In this document: in pieces, positions 21,246 to 32,023 of the stretch | Layout: each line of letters begins with the position of its first letter | How positions within the stretch are numbered: position 1 is the first letter of the stretch | Source of the DNA: an uncultured Gemmatimonadaceae bacterium | GTDB lineage: Bacteria; Gemmatimonadota; Gemmatimonadetes; Gemmatimonadales; Gemmatimonadaceae | DNA: 64,000 nt | Direction of reading: 5' to 3' | Assembly: GCA_963790305.1 (NCBI GenBank) | Contig: CAWBOC010000013.1 | Span: 128,001 to 192,000 of the forward strand | Made by a program: the position numbers and the translations under genes | The notes under the pieces: model-generated | Seen by the model: the letters and a program-made list of their open reading frames with translations, nothing else | What the model was told of the DNA's origin: nothing | Database searches by the model: none

Positions 21246-22375
21246 ATGCGACGCAGCGTTGTGTGGATGCTCTTCGCGATGGGGATCGCGGCATGCACCG
21301 ACTACGAAGGTGATCTCGGGCCCGACGAGCTCGAGGCACCCTCCGACCTTACCTATCAGCTCATCCCAAGCGGCGATCCGGAAAGCCCGAACGGCATCCT
21401 GCTGAGCTGGACCGATCCGGGCGATCCGGACATCGAAGTGTTCGCCATCTACTCGCGCGGCTCATCGAGCGGGTCGTGGAGCCGGCGTGCCGCGACGACC
21501 TCGACGACGTTCCACGACGCGGGGTTCCCGCACCTTCAGTACTACGTCGTCGCCGAGGACGGAGCAGGCAATCAGAGCAGTCCGTCCAACTCGATCACCG
21601 TCGATGAGCGCAACCGCTTGCCCGCGCCTGCGACGCTCGTGACGGTCTCGCTCGACCGCGCCGTACAGCTTTCGTGGTCGCCGAATGGACGGGAAGCCAA
21701 TCCAACGATGTTCGACTATTACCGTCGTGTACTCCACGGTCTACGATCTCGATGCGAACGAGTGCGAGGGGGACCTCTGGGTCCTCGAAGGCACGACGGT
21801 CTCCGAGGACTTCCTCGCCACCGGTCTGACCAACGGGGCGCCGCGATGCTTCGCGGCGAGCACGGTGAGTCGCGATGGTCACGAGAGTCTTGTGGACAAC
21901 GCCCCGCGCCGATACGCCGCGCTACGATTCGCGCAACTTCCTGGTGTTCGCCACGCAGGCGTCACTTCCGTCGAGCGGATTCCGGTTCTATTTCCCGTCG
22001 ACGGGCGCCATGGGCGAGATCCTGGCGGGCGATCGCACGGACATCGACTTCAAGCTCGAGCGGCGGTCGGACGGTTCGGTGTGGATCACGCCGGTCCGGA
22101 CAGGAACGAAGCTCGCGCTCTACAGCACATCTCCCGTCGAGGATCTGACATCGATCGACATCGCGCCCACCCGGGATCGGTTCAGCACCGGCGCGATCGA
22201 AGCGGTTGCCGGCTACGCCTACGTCGTCGAGACAACGCTGTCGGATGGTCTGCACTATGGCGCCCTGCGCGTGACGCATACGACGTCCGATTACATGATC
22301 TTCGACTGGGCGTACCAGAGTGACCCGGGGAATCCGGAGCTGCGCGTCGGAACAAGGGTGGTGACGGGGATCTAG
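21246..22375 (+). CDS. Lipoprotein with fibronectin type III-like domains (frameshifts near 21725 and 21890)
   Basis: Lipobox IAAC; FnIII-like LSW...YYVVAED.AGNQS.PSN; pieces in ORFs 21183, 21685 and 21875. Confidence 0.7.
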
Positions 22376-22381
22376 TCCAAC

Positions 22382-22476
22382 GGCGGTCGAGGTCGTCGAG
22401 GTCGTCGAGGTGATCGAGGGAACGGCGTCGTCGCTCCTTGATCGCCTCGACGACTTTGACCACCTCGACCACCTTT
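22382..22476. repeat. Intergenic palindrome with 9-bp GTCGAGGTN arms
   Basis: gtcgaggtc-gtcgaggtc-gtcgaggtg-atcgagg ... ccttgatc-gcctcgacg-actttgacc-acctcgacc-acc. Confidence 0.9.
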
Positions 22477-22522
22477 GTTTTCGGCCTTGAATCTCCCCGT
22501 CCGCGAACCGATTTTCGTTCGC

Positions 22523-24050
22523 ATGGCCCAGCCCGTTGTTCTCGATGGCGCCTCACTCACCATTGACGATGTCCACCGAGTCGCGGTAGACCGCGCGCCG
22601 GCGACCCTCGCCGATGCCGCACGCGCGCGCGTCAGCGCCACGCGCCGCATCGTCGATGATCTCGTCAGGCGTCGAGAAGTGGTGTACGGCGTCACGACGG
22701 GGTTCGGAAAGCTATCCGAGGTGTCGGTGCCTCCGGAACGCCTTGCCGAGCTGCAAGTGAACCTCGTGCGAAGTCACGCCGCTGGCGTCGGTCCGTTGAT
22801 GCCGGAGCGGGAAGTGCGCGGCATGATGCTTCTTCGAGCGAACGTCATCGCCAAGGGATACTCCGGCGCACGTCCGGATCTCATCGACCTGTTGCTGGCG
22901 ATGCTCAACGCCGGCGTATATCCGCCAATCCCGGAGCAAGGCAGCGTGGGGGCGAGCGGCGACCTCGCGCCACTCGCGCACCTCGCCCTCGCTCTCATCG
23001 GCGAGGGCGATCTCATTCGCGACCACCAGCGTGCTCCGGCCGCCTCCGTCCTCCGGGCGGTCGGCCTAACGCCGCTCACGCTCGGCCCAAAGGAAGGCAT
23101 CACGCTCATCAACGGAACGCAGGCGCACACGGCCATAGCCGCGCTGGCACTGCACGACGCGACGCGTCTCTGGACGACCGCTCACGTCGCCGGAGCAATG
23201 TCGCTGGAGGGATTGCTCGGGACTCCGACGGCGTTCGATTCGAGGCTGCACGACGCGCGAGGCCAGCGCGGGCAGCGGCGTTCCGCGGCGTTACTGCTCG
23301 AGCTCCTCGCGGATAGCGAGATTCGCGAGTCCCACCGCCACGACGATCCGCGCGTGCAGGATGCCTACGCCTTACGATGCATGCCGCAGGTACATGGGGC
23401 GGTGCGCGATGCCCTCGAGTTCGCGGCCGGCATGGTTGGCGCGGAGCTGAATGCGGCGACGGACAATCCGCTCGTCTTCGAGGATGGCACGATCCTCAGC
23501 GGCGGGAATTTTCATGGCCAACCGGTGGCGATGGCGCTCGACGTCCTCGCGATCGCGCTGACGAATCTCGCGACGATCTCGGAGCGGCGCATCGACCGAC
23601 TCGTTCATCCCGATCTCAACCAGGGATTGCCGCCCTTTCTCACTGGCGATGCTGGCGTATCGTCCGGATTCATGATGGCGCAGGTGACCGCGGCGGCGTT
23701 GGCGAGCGAGTGCAAGGTGCTCTCTCATCCGGCGAGCGTGGACACCATTCCCACCGACGGGAACAAGGAAGACGTCGTCCCAATGGCCATGGGCGCGGCA
23801 TGGAAGCTTCGCCGCGTGATCGACAACCTGGGACAACATCCTCGCGATCGAGCTCATGTGCGCGGCGCAGGCGATCGACTGTCGTGCGCCGCTCGCGCCT
23901 GGACGCGGGGTCGCGGCCGCGCATCAGCGCGTGCGCGAGCTGGTTCCGCCGCTCGAGCATGATCGCGTCCTGAGCACCGACATTGCCGAAATCGCAACCG
24001 CGGTGCGGCGTGGCGTCTTTGCCGCCGACGTGGTGGAGCTCGTCGGGTGA
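22523..24050 (+). CDS. hutH: Histidine ammonia-lyase (frameshift near 23830)
   Basis: [11 protein letters not shown] motif [28 protein letters not shown]. Confidence 0.96.
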
Positions 24051-25747
24051 CGCTCACCGCCAGCGGCGCATCGGAGGTGGGTGCGAGAGTCGTTCGCGCG
24101 CCGCGAGGCGGCAAGATGTCCTGCAAGGGCTGGCAGCAGGAAGCCGCGCTGCGGATGCTGATGAACAATCTGGATCCCGAAGTGGCCGAGCGTCCCGACG
24201 ACCTCGTCGTGTACGGCGGGACTGGGAAGGCTGCGCGCGACTGGCCGTCGTTCGATGCGATCGTTCGCACGCTCCGCGCGCTGGAGAACGACGAGACGCT
24301 GCTGGTGCAGAGCGGGAAGCCGGTGGCGGTGTTCCGCACTCACGTCTCGTCGCCCCGCGTGCTCATCGCGAACAGCAACCTCGTTGGGCGCTGGGCGACG
24401 TGGGAGAAGTTCCGCGAGCTCGAGCGAGCGGGCCTGATGATGTATGGGCAGATGACTGCCGGCTCGTGGATCTACATTGGAACGCAGGGAATCCTCCAAG
24501 GGACGTACGAGACGTTCGGGGCGGTCGCGCGACAACACTTCGATGGCTCGCTCGCCGGACGCTTCGTGCTCACTGCTGGACTCGGAGGAATGGGCGGTGC
24601 GCAGCCGCTGGCCGCGACAATGAACGGTGCAGTCATCCTCTGCGTCGAGGTGGATCCCGCGCGTATCGAGAAGCGTTTGGCGACGGGCTACGTCGATCGG
24701 ATGACGCACGACCTCAGCGAGGCGCTGGCCTGGGTGAACAATGCGCGCACGCGCCGCGAGGGCGTGTCCATTGGGCTGGTGGGAAATGCTGCCGACGTGC
24801 TGCCAGATCTTGTTCGGCGCGGAATTACACCCGATGTGCTCACCGATCAGACGAGTGCGCACGACACACTGAACGGATACGTCCCGGCGGGCCTCGGCAT
24901 CGAGATGGCGAATGAGCTGCGGCGAGCCGACCCCGCGCAGTACGTCGCGCGGGCGACGTCGTCCATCGTGCAGCACGTTCGCGCGATGCTCGAGATGCAG
25001 CGCCGCGGCGCGGTCACGTTCGACTACGGCAACAACATTCGCACGGTGGCGTTCGATGCCGGGGAGCGCGAGGCGTTTTCCTTTCCCGGGTTCGTGCCTG
25101 CCTACGTGCGACCGCTCTTTTGCGAGGGGAAAGGCCCGTTTCGATGGGTGGCGCTGTCGGGTGATCCCGCCGATCTCGCGCGCACCGATCAGCTGGTGCT
25201 CGAGCTCTTCCCCGACGATGCGCACCTGCGCCGATGGATTGGGTTGGCGCGAGAGAAGGTGCGCTTCCAGGGATTGCCTGCGCGCATTTGCTGGTTGGGA
25301 CAGGGCGAGCGTGCAGCGTTCGGAGTCGCGCTCAACGATCTGGTGGCGCGGGGCGAGCTGTCGGCGCCGATCGTGATCGGAAGAGATCACCTCGATACGG
25401 GGAGCGTCGCGTCCCCATTTCGGGAGACGGAGGCCATGCGCGATGGAACCGACGCCGTCGCCGATTGGCCCATTCTGAACGCCCTGCTCAACGTCGCGAG
25501 CGGCGCCTCGTGGGTCTCGTTTCACCACGGCGGGGGTGTCGGGATGGGCAACTCGCTGCACGCCGGGCAGGTGATCGTCGCCGACGGGACTCCCGAAATG
25601 CGCGTTCGCCTTCAGCGGGTGCTGACGAACGATCCGGGGATTGGCGTGGCGCGTCATGCGGACGCCGGCTATGAAGTCGCGATCGAGACCGCGACGGAGA
25701 AGGGGATCGTGATTCCGATGAGTGACCGGGCGGCTCGGGACCGGTAA
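24047..25747 (+). CDS. hutU: Urocanate hydratase
   Basis: [52 protein letters not shown]. Confidence 0.98.
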   Translation: MTLTASGASEVGARVVRAPRGGKMSCKGWQQEAALRMLMNNLDPEVAERPDDLVVYGGTGKAARDWPSFDAIVRTLRALENDETLLVQSGKPVAVFRTHVSSPRVLIANSNLVGRWATWEKFRELERAGLMMYGQMTAGSWIYIGTQGILQGTYETFGAVARQHFDGSLAGRFVLTAGLGGMGGAQPLAATMNGAVILCVEVDPARIEKRLATGYVDRMTHDLSEALAWVNNARTRREGVSIGLVGNAADVLPDLVRRGITPDVLTDQTSAHDTLNGYVPAGLGIEMANELRRADPAQYVARATSSIVQHVRAMLEMQRRGAVTFDYGNNIRTVAFDAGEREAFSFPGFVPAYVRPLFCEGKGPFRWVALSGDPADLARTDQLVLELFPDDAHLRRWIGLAREKVRFQGLPARICWLGQGERAAFGVALNDLVARGELSAPIVIGRDHLDTGSVASPFRETEAMRDGTDAVADWPILNALLNVASGASWVSFHHGGGVGMGNSLHAGQVIVADGTPEMRVRLQRVLTNDPGIGVARHADAGYEVAIETATEKGIVIPMSDRAARDR

Positions 25748-25758
25748 GTGTTGGAACT

Positions 25759-25792
25759 ACGAACGGCGAGCCGTTCGTGCTTTTCCTATTTT
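25759..25792 (+). terminator. Intrinsic-terminator-like hairpin after hutU
   Basis: acgaacgg-cgag-ccgttcgt followed by gcttttcctatttt. Confidence 0.55.
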
Positions 25793-25806
25793 GCCCCTGA
25801 TAAGAC

Positions 25807-26778
25807 ATGCTGTCCTCGCGATTCTCCCCCTATCACGTTCCCCTGTTCGCCGCGAAGTATGCGTGGCTCCACCTGAGACGGAAGCCGCTGCTCGTGCACT
25901 TCGAAGTGACAATGCGGTGCAATGCGCGCTGCGACTTCTGCGACTACTGGAAGACGCCCGCATCGGAGAAGGCGAACGAGCTGAAGAGCTTCGCCGACGC
26001 CGCGCGCTTCTTCGACCCGCTCATGGTGTGTTTCACCGGGGGAGAGCCGCTGCTTCGGCGGGACCTCGAGGATCTGGTCGCGGCGGTCCGCGACGCAGTG
26101 CGCCTCAAGTACATCACGCTGATCACGCACGGCGCGATGCTCACCGTCGAACGCGCTCGCTCTCTGTGGCAGGCGGGGATCAATCAGTTCAGCATCTCGC
26201 TCGATTTCCTCGATGAGCGACACGATCGCGCACGTGGGATACCGGGGTTGGCCGCTCGCATCCTCGACAGTGTTCCACAGCTGCGGGCCAACGGTATCGA
26301 CAACGTCCGATTCAATACGGTGATCAAGGATGAGAACGTCGAGCATGTGATGGACATCGTTCACACCGCACACGAGTTGGGCATCGGCGTCGGCTTCAGC
26401 ACGTATACCGACATGAAGAACGGCAACGTCACGCATTTCCCACGTGACGAACGTCTCGCTCTCGTCGACGGGCTCGTCAATGACCTGCTCGCCTTCAAGC
26501 GCACACACCGTGGCGTGATCACGAGCTCCGACTGGTATCTGCGCCAGATTCCCCGATACTTCCGTGGCGAGCTCCGTGACCCGTGCGCCTCGGGGCTTCG
26601 CACGATCCACATCGATCCCGCCGGATTCGTGCGGCGATGTCCCGACTTTCCCGCCGACGTTCACTGGCGCGAGTTCCGTCCCTACTCGAAGATCGACTGC
26701 AATGCATGCTTCTACGCGTGTCGAGGAGAGGCGCAGGCGCCGTTGACGCTATCGCGCGTGAGGGATGTCGTTGCCTGA
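25807..26778 (+). CDS. Radical SAM protein with C-terminal Cys-rich (SPASM/twitch-like) domain
   Basis: CxxxCxxC (CNARCDFC), TGGEPLLR, C-terminal CASG...G.VRRCP...CNACFYAC. Confidence 0.9.
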   Translation: MLSSRFSPYHVPLFAAKYAWLHLRRKPLLVHFEVTMRCNARCDFCDYWKTPASEKANELKSFADAARFFDPLMVCFTGGEPLLRRDLEDLVAAVRDAVRLKYITLITHGAMLTVERARSLWQAGINQFSISLDFLDERHDRARGIPGLAARILDSVPQLRANGIDNVRFNTVIKDENVEHVMDIVHTAHELGIGVGFSTYTDMKNGNVTHFPRDERLALVDGLVNDLLAFKRTHRGVITSSDWYLRQIPRYFRGELRDPCASGLRTIHIDPAGFVRRCPDFPADVHWREFRPYSKIDCNACFYACRGEAQAPLTLSRVRDVVA

Positions 26779-26912
26779 ATGCGGAACGGGCGGGTGCTCG
26801 GTGGGCAGGGCGGAGTACCTGCATCAGGAACGCGGAAGCAATCCGGGCGCGTGGGGTTTGGCGAGTTACGATATGCCGCGTTCCGCCCTGCCCGTAGGGC
26901 ACCCGCGCATTC
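26777..26912 (+). other. Long branched hairpin filling the radical SAM-hutI spacer
   Basis: Nested stems gaatgcg/cgcattc, gcgggtgc/gcacccgc, gggcagggc/gccctgccc, ggaacgcgg/ccgcgttcc; side hairpin cctg-cat-cagg. Confidence 0.7.
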
Positions 26913-26913
26913 G

Positions 26914-28185
26914 ATGAGCGCGCTCCTCTTCCACAACGCGAGCCAGGTCGTCACGTGCGCCGGGCCGGCCCGTGCCCGCCGCGGCGGCGAGATGGCCGAT
27001 GCGCAGGTGCATCGCGGTGTGTGCGTCCTCGTCGTCGGCGATCGTGTGGCGAAGGTGGGACCCGCTGACGAGCTCGAGCGCGCGCGGCCCGACGCTCAAC
27101 GCATCGACTGCGAGCGCGGGTTGCTCACACCCGGTCTGGTGGACTCCCACACGCATGCCGTATTTGGGCGGCCTCGTTATGAAGAGCAGGAAATGCGTGC
27201 CGCGGGGGTGGCGTACATGGAGATCGCCAAACGGGGCGGGGGAATCCATGCCTCAGTGCGCGATCTTCGGCAACGCGAGCGGAGCGAGCTTGCCACGCTT
27301 GCGGAAGCGCGTCTGCGGCGGCTCGCCTCGTACGGAACGACGACGGTCGAGGTCAAGTCGGGGTACGGGCTCACGCTCGACGACGAGCTGAAGCTGCTCC
27401 AGGTGATTGCGCACGTCGCTGACCGAGTGCCCATGCGGGTGATCCCAACCTGGCTCGGGGCACACGAGATCCCCCACGAATTTCGAGCGCAGGAGAGTGG
27501 CAGCGCCAGTTATGTCAAAATGCTCATCAATGACATGCTCCCTGCCGTAACCGCCCAGCGGCTCGCCAGATTCGCCGACGTCTTCTGCGAGCCAGGGGTC
27601 TTCACCACCGACCAGGCCCGAACGATCCTCACAGCCTCAAAGGGGGCGGGGCTGGGTCTCAAGCTCCACGCCGATGAGCTCGAGCCCTCCGGTGGCGCGG
27701 AGCTCGCCGCGGACATCGGAGCAGCGTCCGCCGACCACCTCGCCGCAGTCTCCAGAGGGGGGATCGAGGCCCTGGCCGCTTCTCACACGGTGGCTACGCT
27801 CCTACCCGGCACCATGCTCTTCCTCGGTCGTCCTCGTCAAGCGCCGGCCCGCGCGCTCATCGACGCTGGGGCGGCCGTTGCACTGGCCACCGATTTCAAT
27901 CCTGGGACGTCGCCCACCGTAAACTTCCCACTGATTCTGACTCTCGGAGTGAGTCAGCTCCATATGTCGGCTGCCGAGGCGATCGTAGCCGCGACGGTCA
28001 ACGGCGCAGCCGCTCTCGGCCTCGCCGATCAGGTGGGACAAATCGCCCCGGGCTTTTCGGCCGACCTCGCACTTTTTGACTGCGAGGACATTCGTGAGTT
28101 GCCGTATTGGTATGGAGACCGTCGTTGTAGGGGGACGTGGGTACGCGGGGAAACTTGTCACCCCTTCAGCGCGCCAATATCTTAA
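26914..28185 (+). CDS. hutI: Imidazolonepropionase
   Basis: PGLVDSHTH, GTTTVEVKSGYGL, LGAH, DVFCE, HADE, ATDFNPG. Confidence 0.96.
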   Translation: MSALLFHNASQVVTCAGPARARRGGEMADAQVHRGVCVLVVGDRVAKVGPADELERARPDAQRIDCERGLLTPGLVDSHTHAVFGRPRYEEQEMRAAGVAYMEIAKRGGGIHASVRDLRQRERSELATLAEARLRRLASYGTTTVEVKSGYGLTLDDELKLLQVIAHVADRVPMRVIPTWLGAHEIPHEFRAQESGSASYVKMLINDMLPAVTAQRLARFADVFCEPGVFTTDQARTILTASKGAGLGLKLHADELEPSGGAELAADIGAASADHLAAVSRGGIEALAASHTVATLLPGTMLFLGRPRQAPARALIDAGAAVALATDFNPGTSPTVNFPLILTLGVSQLHMSAAEAIVAATVNGAAALGLADQVGQIAPGFSADLALFDCEDIRELPYWYGDRRCRGTWVRGETCHPFSAPIS

Positions 28186-28250
28186 GCAGTTACGCCCCAA
28201 CGATTTCCCCGTACCTGGCTCACCGCGTCTCCGGAGTTCACCAAGCGCCG

Positions 28251-31022
28251 ATGTCCAACGTCCCCAAGCTCAAGAAACGAGCGGGCGAGTTCGAACAGAA
28301 AAAGCAGTTCGACAAGGCGCTGGCGGTCTACCTCCAGATCCTCGAGGAAGTCTCGGGGAGTGAGGACGAAGCCGACGTCGCTCTGTTCAACCGCGTCGGC
28401 GACCTCATGCTGCGACAGGGCAACGTCAGCGAGGCCGTCGACCATTACGAGCGCGCGGTCGACCTGTACGCCGAGGGCGGCTTTTTCAACAACGCCATCG
28501 CCCTCTGCAACAAGATCCTTCGCAACGCCCCCGGGCGTAACTCGATCTACTACAAGCTCGGGAAGATCAGCGCGAAGAAGGGCTTCACCAACGACGCCAA
28601 GCAGAACTTCCTCGAGTACGCCGACCGCATGCAGAAAGGCGGCAAGCTCGACGAGGCGTTTCGCGCGCTGAAGGAGTTCGCTGACCTGTGCCCCGATCAG
28701 GACGACATCCGCCTGATGCTGGCGGATCAGCTGGTGAAGAAAGACCGCAAGGCGGAGGCGATCGAGCAGCTCCAGGTGCTGTACGAGCGGTACGATTCGG
28801 AAGGCCGCTCGAGCGAAGCGCGGGCTACCATCGACCGAATGAAGGCGATCGATCCCGCGGTGGAGCCGCAGGCGCCCGGGGCGCGTGCAGCTCCGAAGAG
28901 TGGCGATCTGGTGTTCCTCGACGTCGGCTTCGACGCTCCCGCTCCTCCCAAGACGCGGCCCTCGCGGCCGGCCGAGGAGCCGCCTCGACCGAAGCCACCG
29001 CCCGCTCGTCGGCCTTCCGAGCCGGTCAGGCGGCCGTCGATGGATGGCTTGCCGATGATCGATGCCGAGCTGCCGCCTCCACCGGGGGCACCCCCACCGC
29101 TGTCGCACGGAGCCCGCGCGGCTGGTGCCGACGACGGAATGGACGCCTCCCCCGGACTCTTGGCCGGCTTCGAGCAGACCGCGTTAGGCGCGGACGCCTC
29201 GCCGCCGGCCGTGCCGCTGCTCGACATCGAGCCGACGGCGCTCGGGAGCCGCACGGGGCGCGCCGCCTCCGATCTTCCGCTGATCGATTCCGAGCTGTCC
29301 GTTCCCGACGTTTCGGATGACGAGAGCGTCTCGCTGCCGGGCGAGCTCCCGATGATCGAGATCCCGGATACCGACGCGCTCCGCAGCGCGCAGCGCCTCG
29401 ACCTCATCATGCCCGAGGACGAGGCGGTGAATCCGCTGGCGGATCTCAACGCATCCGGGTCGGCGATCGAGCCCGATGAGCTGCCGCTTCACCCCGATCC
29501 ATCGCGGAGCTCACTGACGGACGGTACCGAGTGGGAGATTCGACTCGAAGACTCGGCGTTTCTCGACGGTGACGATACGCCAAGTGGCGGCGCCGATCTC
29601 CCGCTCATCCATCCCCCGGGGCAGGACGGCGCACAGACGGCGGTGGACGAAGATCCAGCTGCTGCCCGTTCGGCGCTCGTCGAGCGGCTGCGCGACGCCG
29701 TTGCCGATGATCCGGGGAACTGGCAGCTTCACCGGCAGCTCGGTGAGGCGCTCCTCGAGGACGGTGATCGCGAGGGCGGCATTGACGAGCTCGAGATCGC
29801 CATGGTCGGATTCGAGAGCACGTCGGACCATGCCAGCGCCCGCGCGGTCGCCGACGAGATTCTCCATCTCGATCCCAACTCGGTCCGGCATCATCAGAAG
29901 CGCGTCGAGTACTCGTTCCTGCTCAACGACAAGGCGCGGCTGGTGGATGCCTATCTCCAGCTCGCTGACTGCCTTTTCCGGAATGGCCACGAGGAAAAGG
30001 CGCAGGCGGTCTACCAGCGCGTGATCGACATCGCGCCTGACGATGCGCGTGCCCAGGCCGCGCTGGCGGTCTTTGGCGACATCTCCGGGGGTGCACCCGC
30101 TGAGCCTGAGTCTTCGTTCGCTCCGCCGCCGGCTGCGCCGTTGCGCAGCGCTCCGCCGGCGTCCCCTCCGCCAGCCGCCCCATTGCGACCGGCGCCAGCG
30201 AAGCAGCCGCCCAAACCCGCGCCGGCACCACGGACGGAGCGGGTGCGCGACCCCATTGGCGATCTCCGCAACGCGGTGAAGGACCTTCCGCTCATCGAGG
30301 ATACGCCGTCCCCGCCCGCCAAGGCTCGGCCGGCGCAACCCGCACCGGCGGCGAAGGCGGAACCACCAAGGCCCGCGGCGAAGCCCGAGCCGCGACGCTC
30401 GGAGCCGGTTCGTCAGCCCAAGCGTCCTGAGCCAAAGCGACCGGAGCCCAAACGGCCCTCACGCCCCGCGAAGCATGTCGGATCCGGGAGCGATGACGAT
30501 TTCGTCAACCTCTCGGACTGGCTGAGCGAAGACAAGACGCCGAAGTCGACGCGCATGGTCGCCGACGTGCGGGAGCCCGAATCCGATCAGGTAGACTTTT
30601 CGGACATGCTGGAGCGGTTCAAGCAGGGAATCGCCGAAAACGTCTCCGACGAGGATCATGAGGCGCATTACGATCTCGGTGTCGCGTACAAGGAAATGGG
30701 CCTGCTCGACGAGGCGATCGCCGAGTTCCAGAAAGCGCTGCGTGGGGTCGAGCACCGCATTCGGACCTTCGAGGCGTTAGGCCAGTGCTTCATTGAGAAG
30801 GGGCAATACCAGATTGCCGTCACCATTCTCTCACGCGCTCCGGCCGAGCCGGGCGCCACCGACGAGAAACTCGTCGGCGTGCTGTATCTTCTGGGCTATG
30901 CATTGGAGGCCCTCCAGAAGTTCAACGACGCGCTCGTGTATTATGAGCGTGTGTTCGCCGTCGACATCACCTTCCGCGACGTGAACGACCGTCTCGCCGC
31001 GCTGGAGCGAGTAGCGCAATGA
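28251..31022 (+). CDS. Large TPR protein, three TPR clusters with Pro/acidic linkers (SgmX-like architecture)
   Basis: N-terminal TPRs, central TPRs, C-terminal HYDLGVAYKEMGLLDEAIAEFQKA. Confidence 0.85.
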   Translation: MSNVPKLKKRAGEFEQKKQFDKALAVYLQILEEVSGSEDEADVALFNRVGDLMLRQGNVSEAVDHYERAVDLYAEGGFFNNAIALCNKILRNAPGRNSIYYKLGKISAKKGFTNDAKQNFLEYADRMQKGGKLDEAFRALKEFADLCPDQDDIRLMLADQLVKKDRKAEAIEQLQVLYERYDSEGRSSEARATIDRMKAIDPAVEPQAPGARAAPKSGDLVFLDVGFDAPAPPKTRPSRPAEEPPRPKPPPARRPSEPVRRPSMDGLPMIDAELPPPPGAPPPLSHGARAAGADDGMDASPGLLAGFEQTALGADASPPAVPLLDIEPTALGSRTGRAASDLPLIDSELSVPDVSDDESVSLPGELPMIEIPDTDALRSAQRLDLIMPEDEAVNPLADLNASGSAIEPDELPLHPDPSRSSLTDGTEWEIRLEDSAFLDGDDTPSGGADLPLIHPPGQDGAQTAVDEDPAAARSALVERLRDAVADDPGNWQLHRQLGEALLEDGDREGGIDELEIAMVGFESTSDHASARAVADEILHLDPNSVRHHQKRVEYSFLLNDKARLVDAYLQLADCLFRNGHEEKAQAVYQRVIDIAPDDARAQAALAVFGDISGGAPAEPESSFAPPPAAPLRSAPPASPPPAAPLRPAPAKQPPKPAPAPRTERVRDPIGDLRNAVKDLPLIEDTPSPPAKARPAQPAPAAKAEPPRPAAKPEPRRSEPVRQPKRPEPKRPEPKRPSRPAKHVGSGSDDDFVNLSDWLSEDKTPKSTRMVADVREPESDQVDFSDMLERFKQGIAENVSDEDHEAHYDLGVAYKEMGLLDEAIAEFQKALRGVEHRIRTFEALGQCFIEKGQYQIAVTILSRAPAEPGATDEKLVGVLYLLGYALEALQKFNDALVYYERVFAVDITFRDVNDRLAALERVAQ

Positions 31023-32023
31023 GTGCTCCCGCACGGGCGGGAGCGCGGGCCGTCCCCGGATTGCGCGAGATACAGGCGCCTGTGCGCGAGCGGCTGGAGG
31101 AGGTGGCGGCCGAGCTGCAGCGGGTGGTGGTCGCCGATTTTCCCATGATCGAAGCGATCACGGGACACCTGCTCAGCATGAAGGGAAAGATGTTCAGGCC
31201 GACGCTCACGCTGCTGGCGAGCGCGGTGGAGGGGCGGTCCGAGCCGCGCGCGATTCCCCTCGCGGCAGTCGTCGAGCTCGTGCATCTCGCCACGCTCGTG
31301 CACGACGACTCCGTCGATCACTCGACGCTGCGGCGGGGAATGCCGACGATCAACGCCCTGTTCACGCACCAGATTTCCGTGATCATGGGCGACTTCCTGT
31401 ACTCGCGCGCCGTCGTGGAGCTCGTGCGCGTGGGAGACATGGCGCCGCTGCAGGTACTGGCCCACGCGACGAACCAGATGACGATCGGCGAGATGCGACA
31501 GCTGACGGCGCTCGACGCACTCCGCTTTTCCGAAGAGGATTACGACGCGCTCATCGACGCCAAAACGGCATCGCTGCTCTCGGCGGCGTGCGAGATCGGC
31601 GCGATCGCCGGGGCCGCACGCCATCGTCAGGCACTGGCTCGGTACGGCCTGCAGCTGGGAATGGCGTTCCAGATCGTGGACGACCTGCTCGACTATACTG
31701 CAGATGCCTCGACGACCGGAAAGCCCACCGGGCTGGACCTTCGCGAGCACAAGGTGACGTTGCCGCTCATCCATGCGCTCCGACAAATGAGCGCGTCAGA
31801 CCGGACGGTGGTCGAGCGTCTCTTCGCGGGGCCGGAGCCTGAGGATGAGCTGATTGCCAATGTGATCGGCATCGTGGAAGAACATGGCGGGCTCGAGTAT
31901 GCTCGCCGCCGCGGCGAGCGATTCGCCGACGAAGCCGCAGAAGCGCTGTCGGAATTGCCGGAATCGCGCGCCACCGCGGCGCTGCGTGATGCCATTGCCT
32001 ATGTCATGGAGCGAACGCAGTGA
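31019..32023 (+). CDS. Polyprenyl diphosphate synthase (IspB/HepT-like)
   Basis: GKMFRP, FARM HDDSVD...RRG, SARM FQIVDDLLDY, KTA. Confidence 0.95.
   Translation: MSAPARAGARAVPGLREIQAPVRERLEEVAAELQRVVVADFPMIEAITGHLLSMKGKMFRPTLTLLASAVEGRSEPRAIPLAAVVELVHLATLVHDDSVDHSTLRRGMPTINALFTHQISVIMGDFLYSRAVVELVRVGDMAPLQVLAHATNQMTIGEMRQLTALDALRFSEEDYDALIDAKTASLLSAACEIGAIAGAARHRQALARYGLQLGMAFQIVDDLLDYTADASTTGKPTGLDLREHKVTLPLIHALRQMSASDRTVVERLFAGPEPEDELIANVIGIVEEHGGLEYARRRGERFADEAAEALSELPESRATAALRDAIAYVMERTQ

Noticed and set aside
29183..29189. TTAGGC matching the nematode telomere repeat
   Set aside because: Copies are single and dispersed inside bacterial ORFs, never tandem; the match is coincidental and not contamination.
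30400..30470. PKRPE repeats in the TPR gene as a DNA repeat element
   Set aside because: Protein-level low-complexity linker with synonymous divergence between units.
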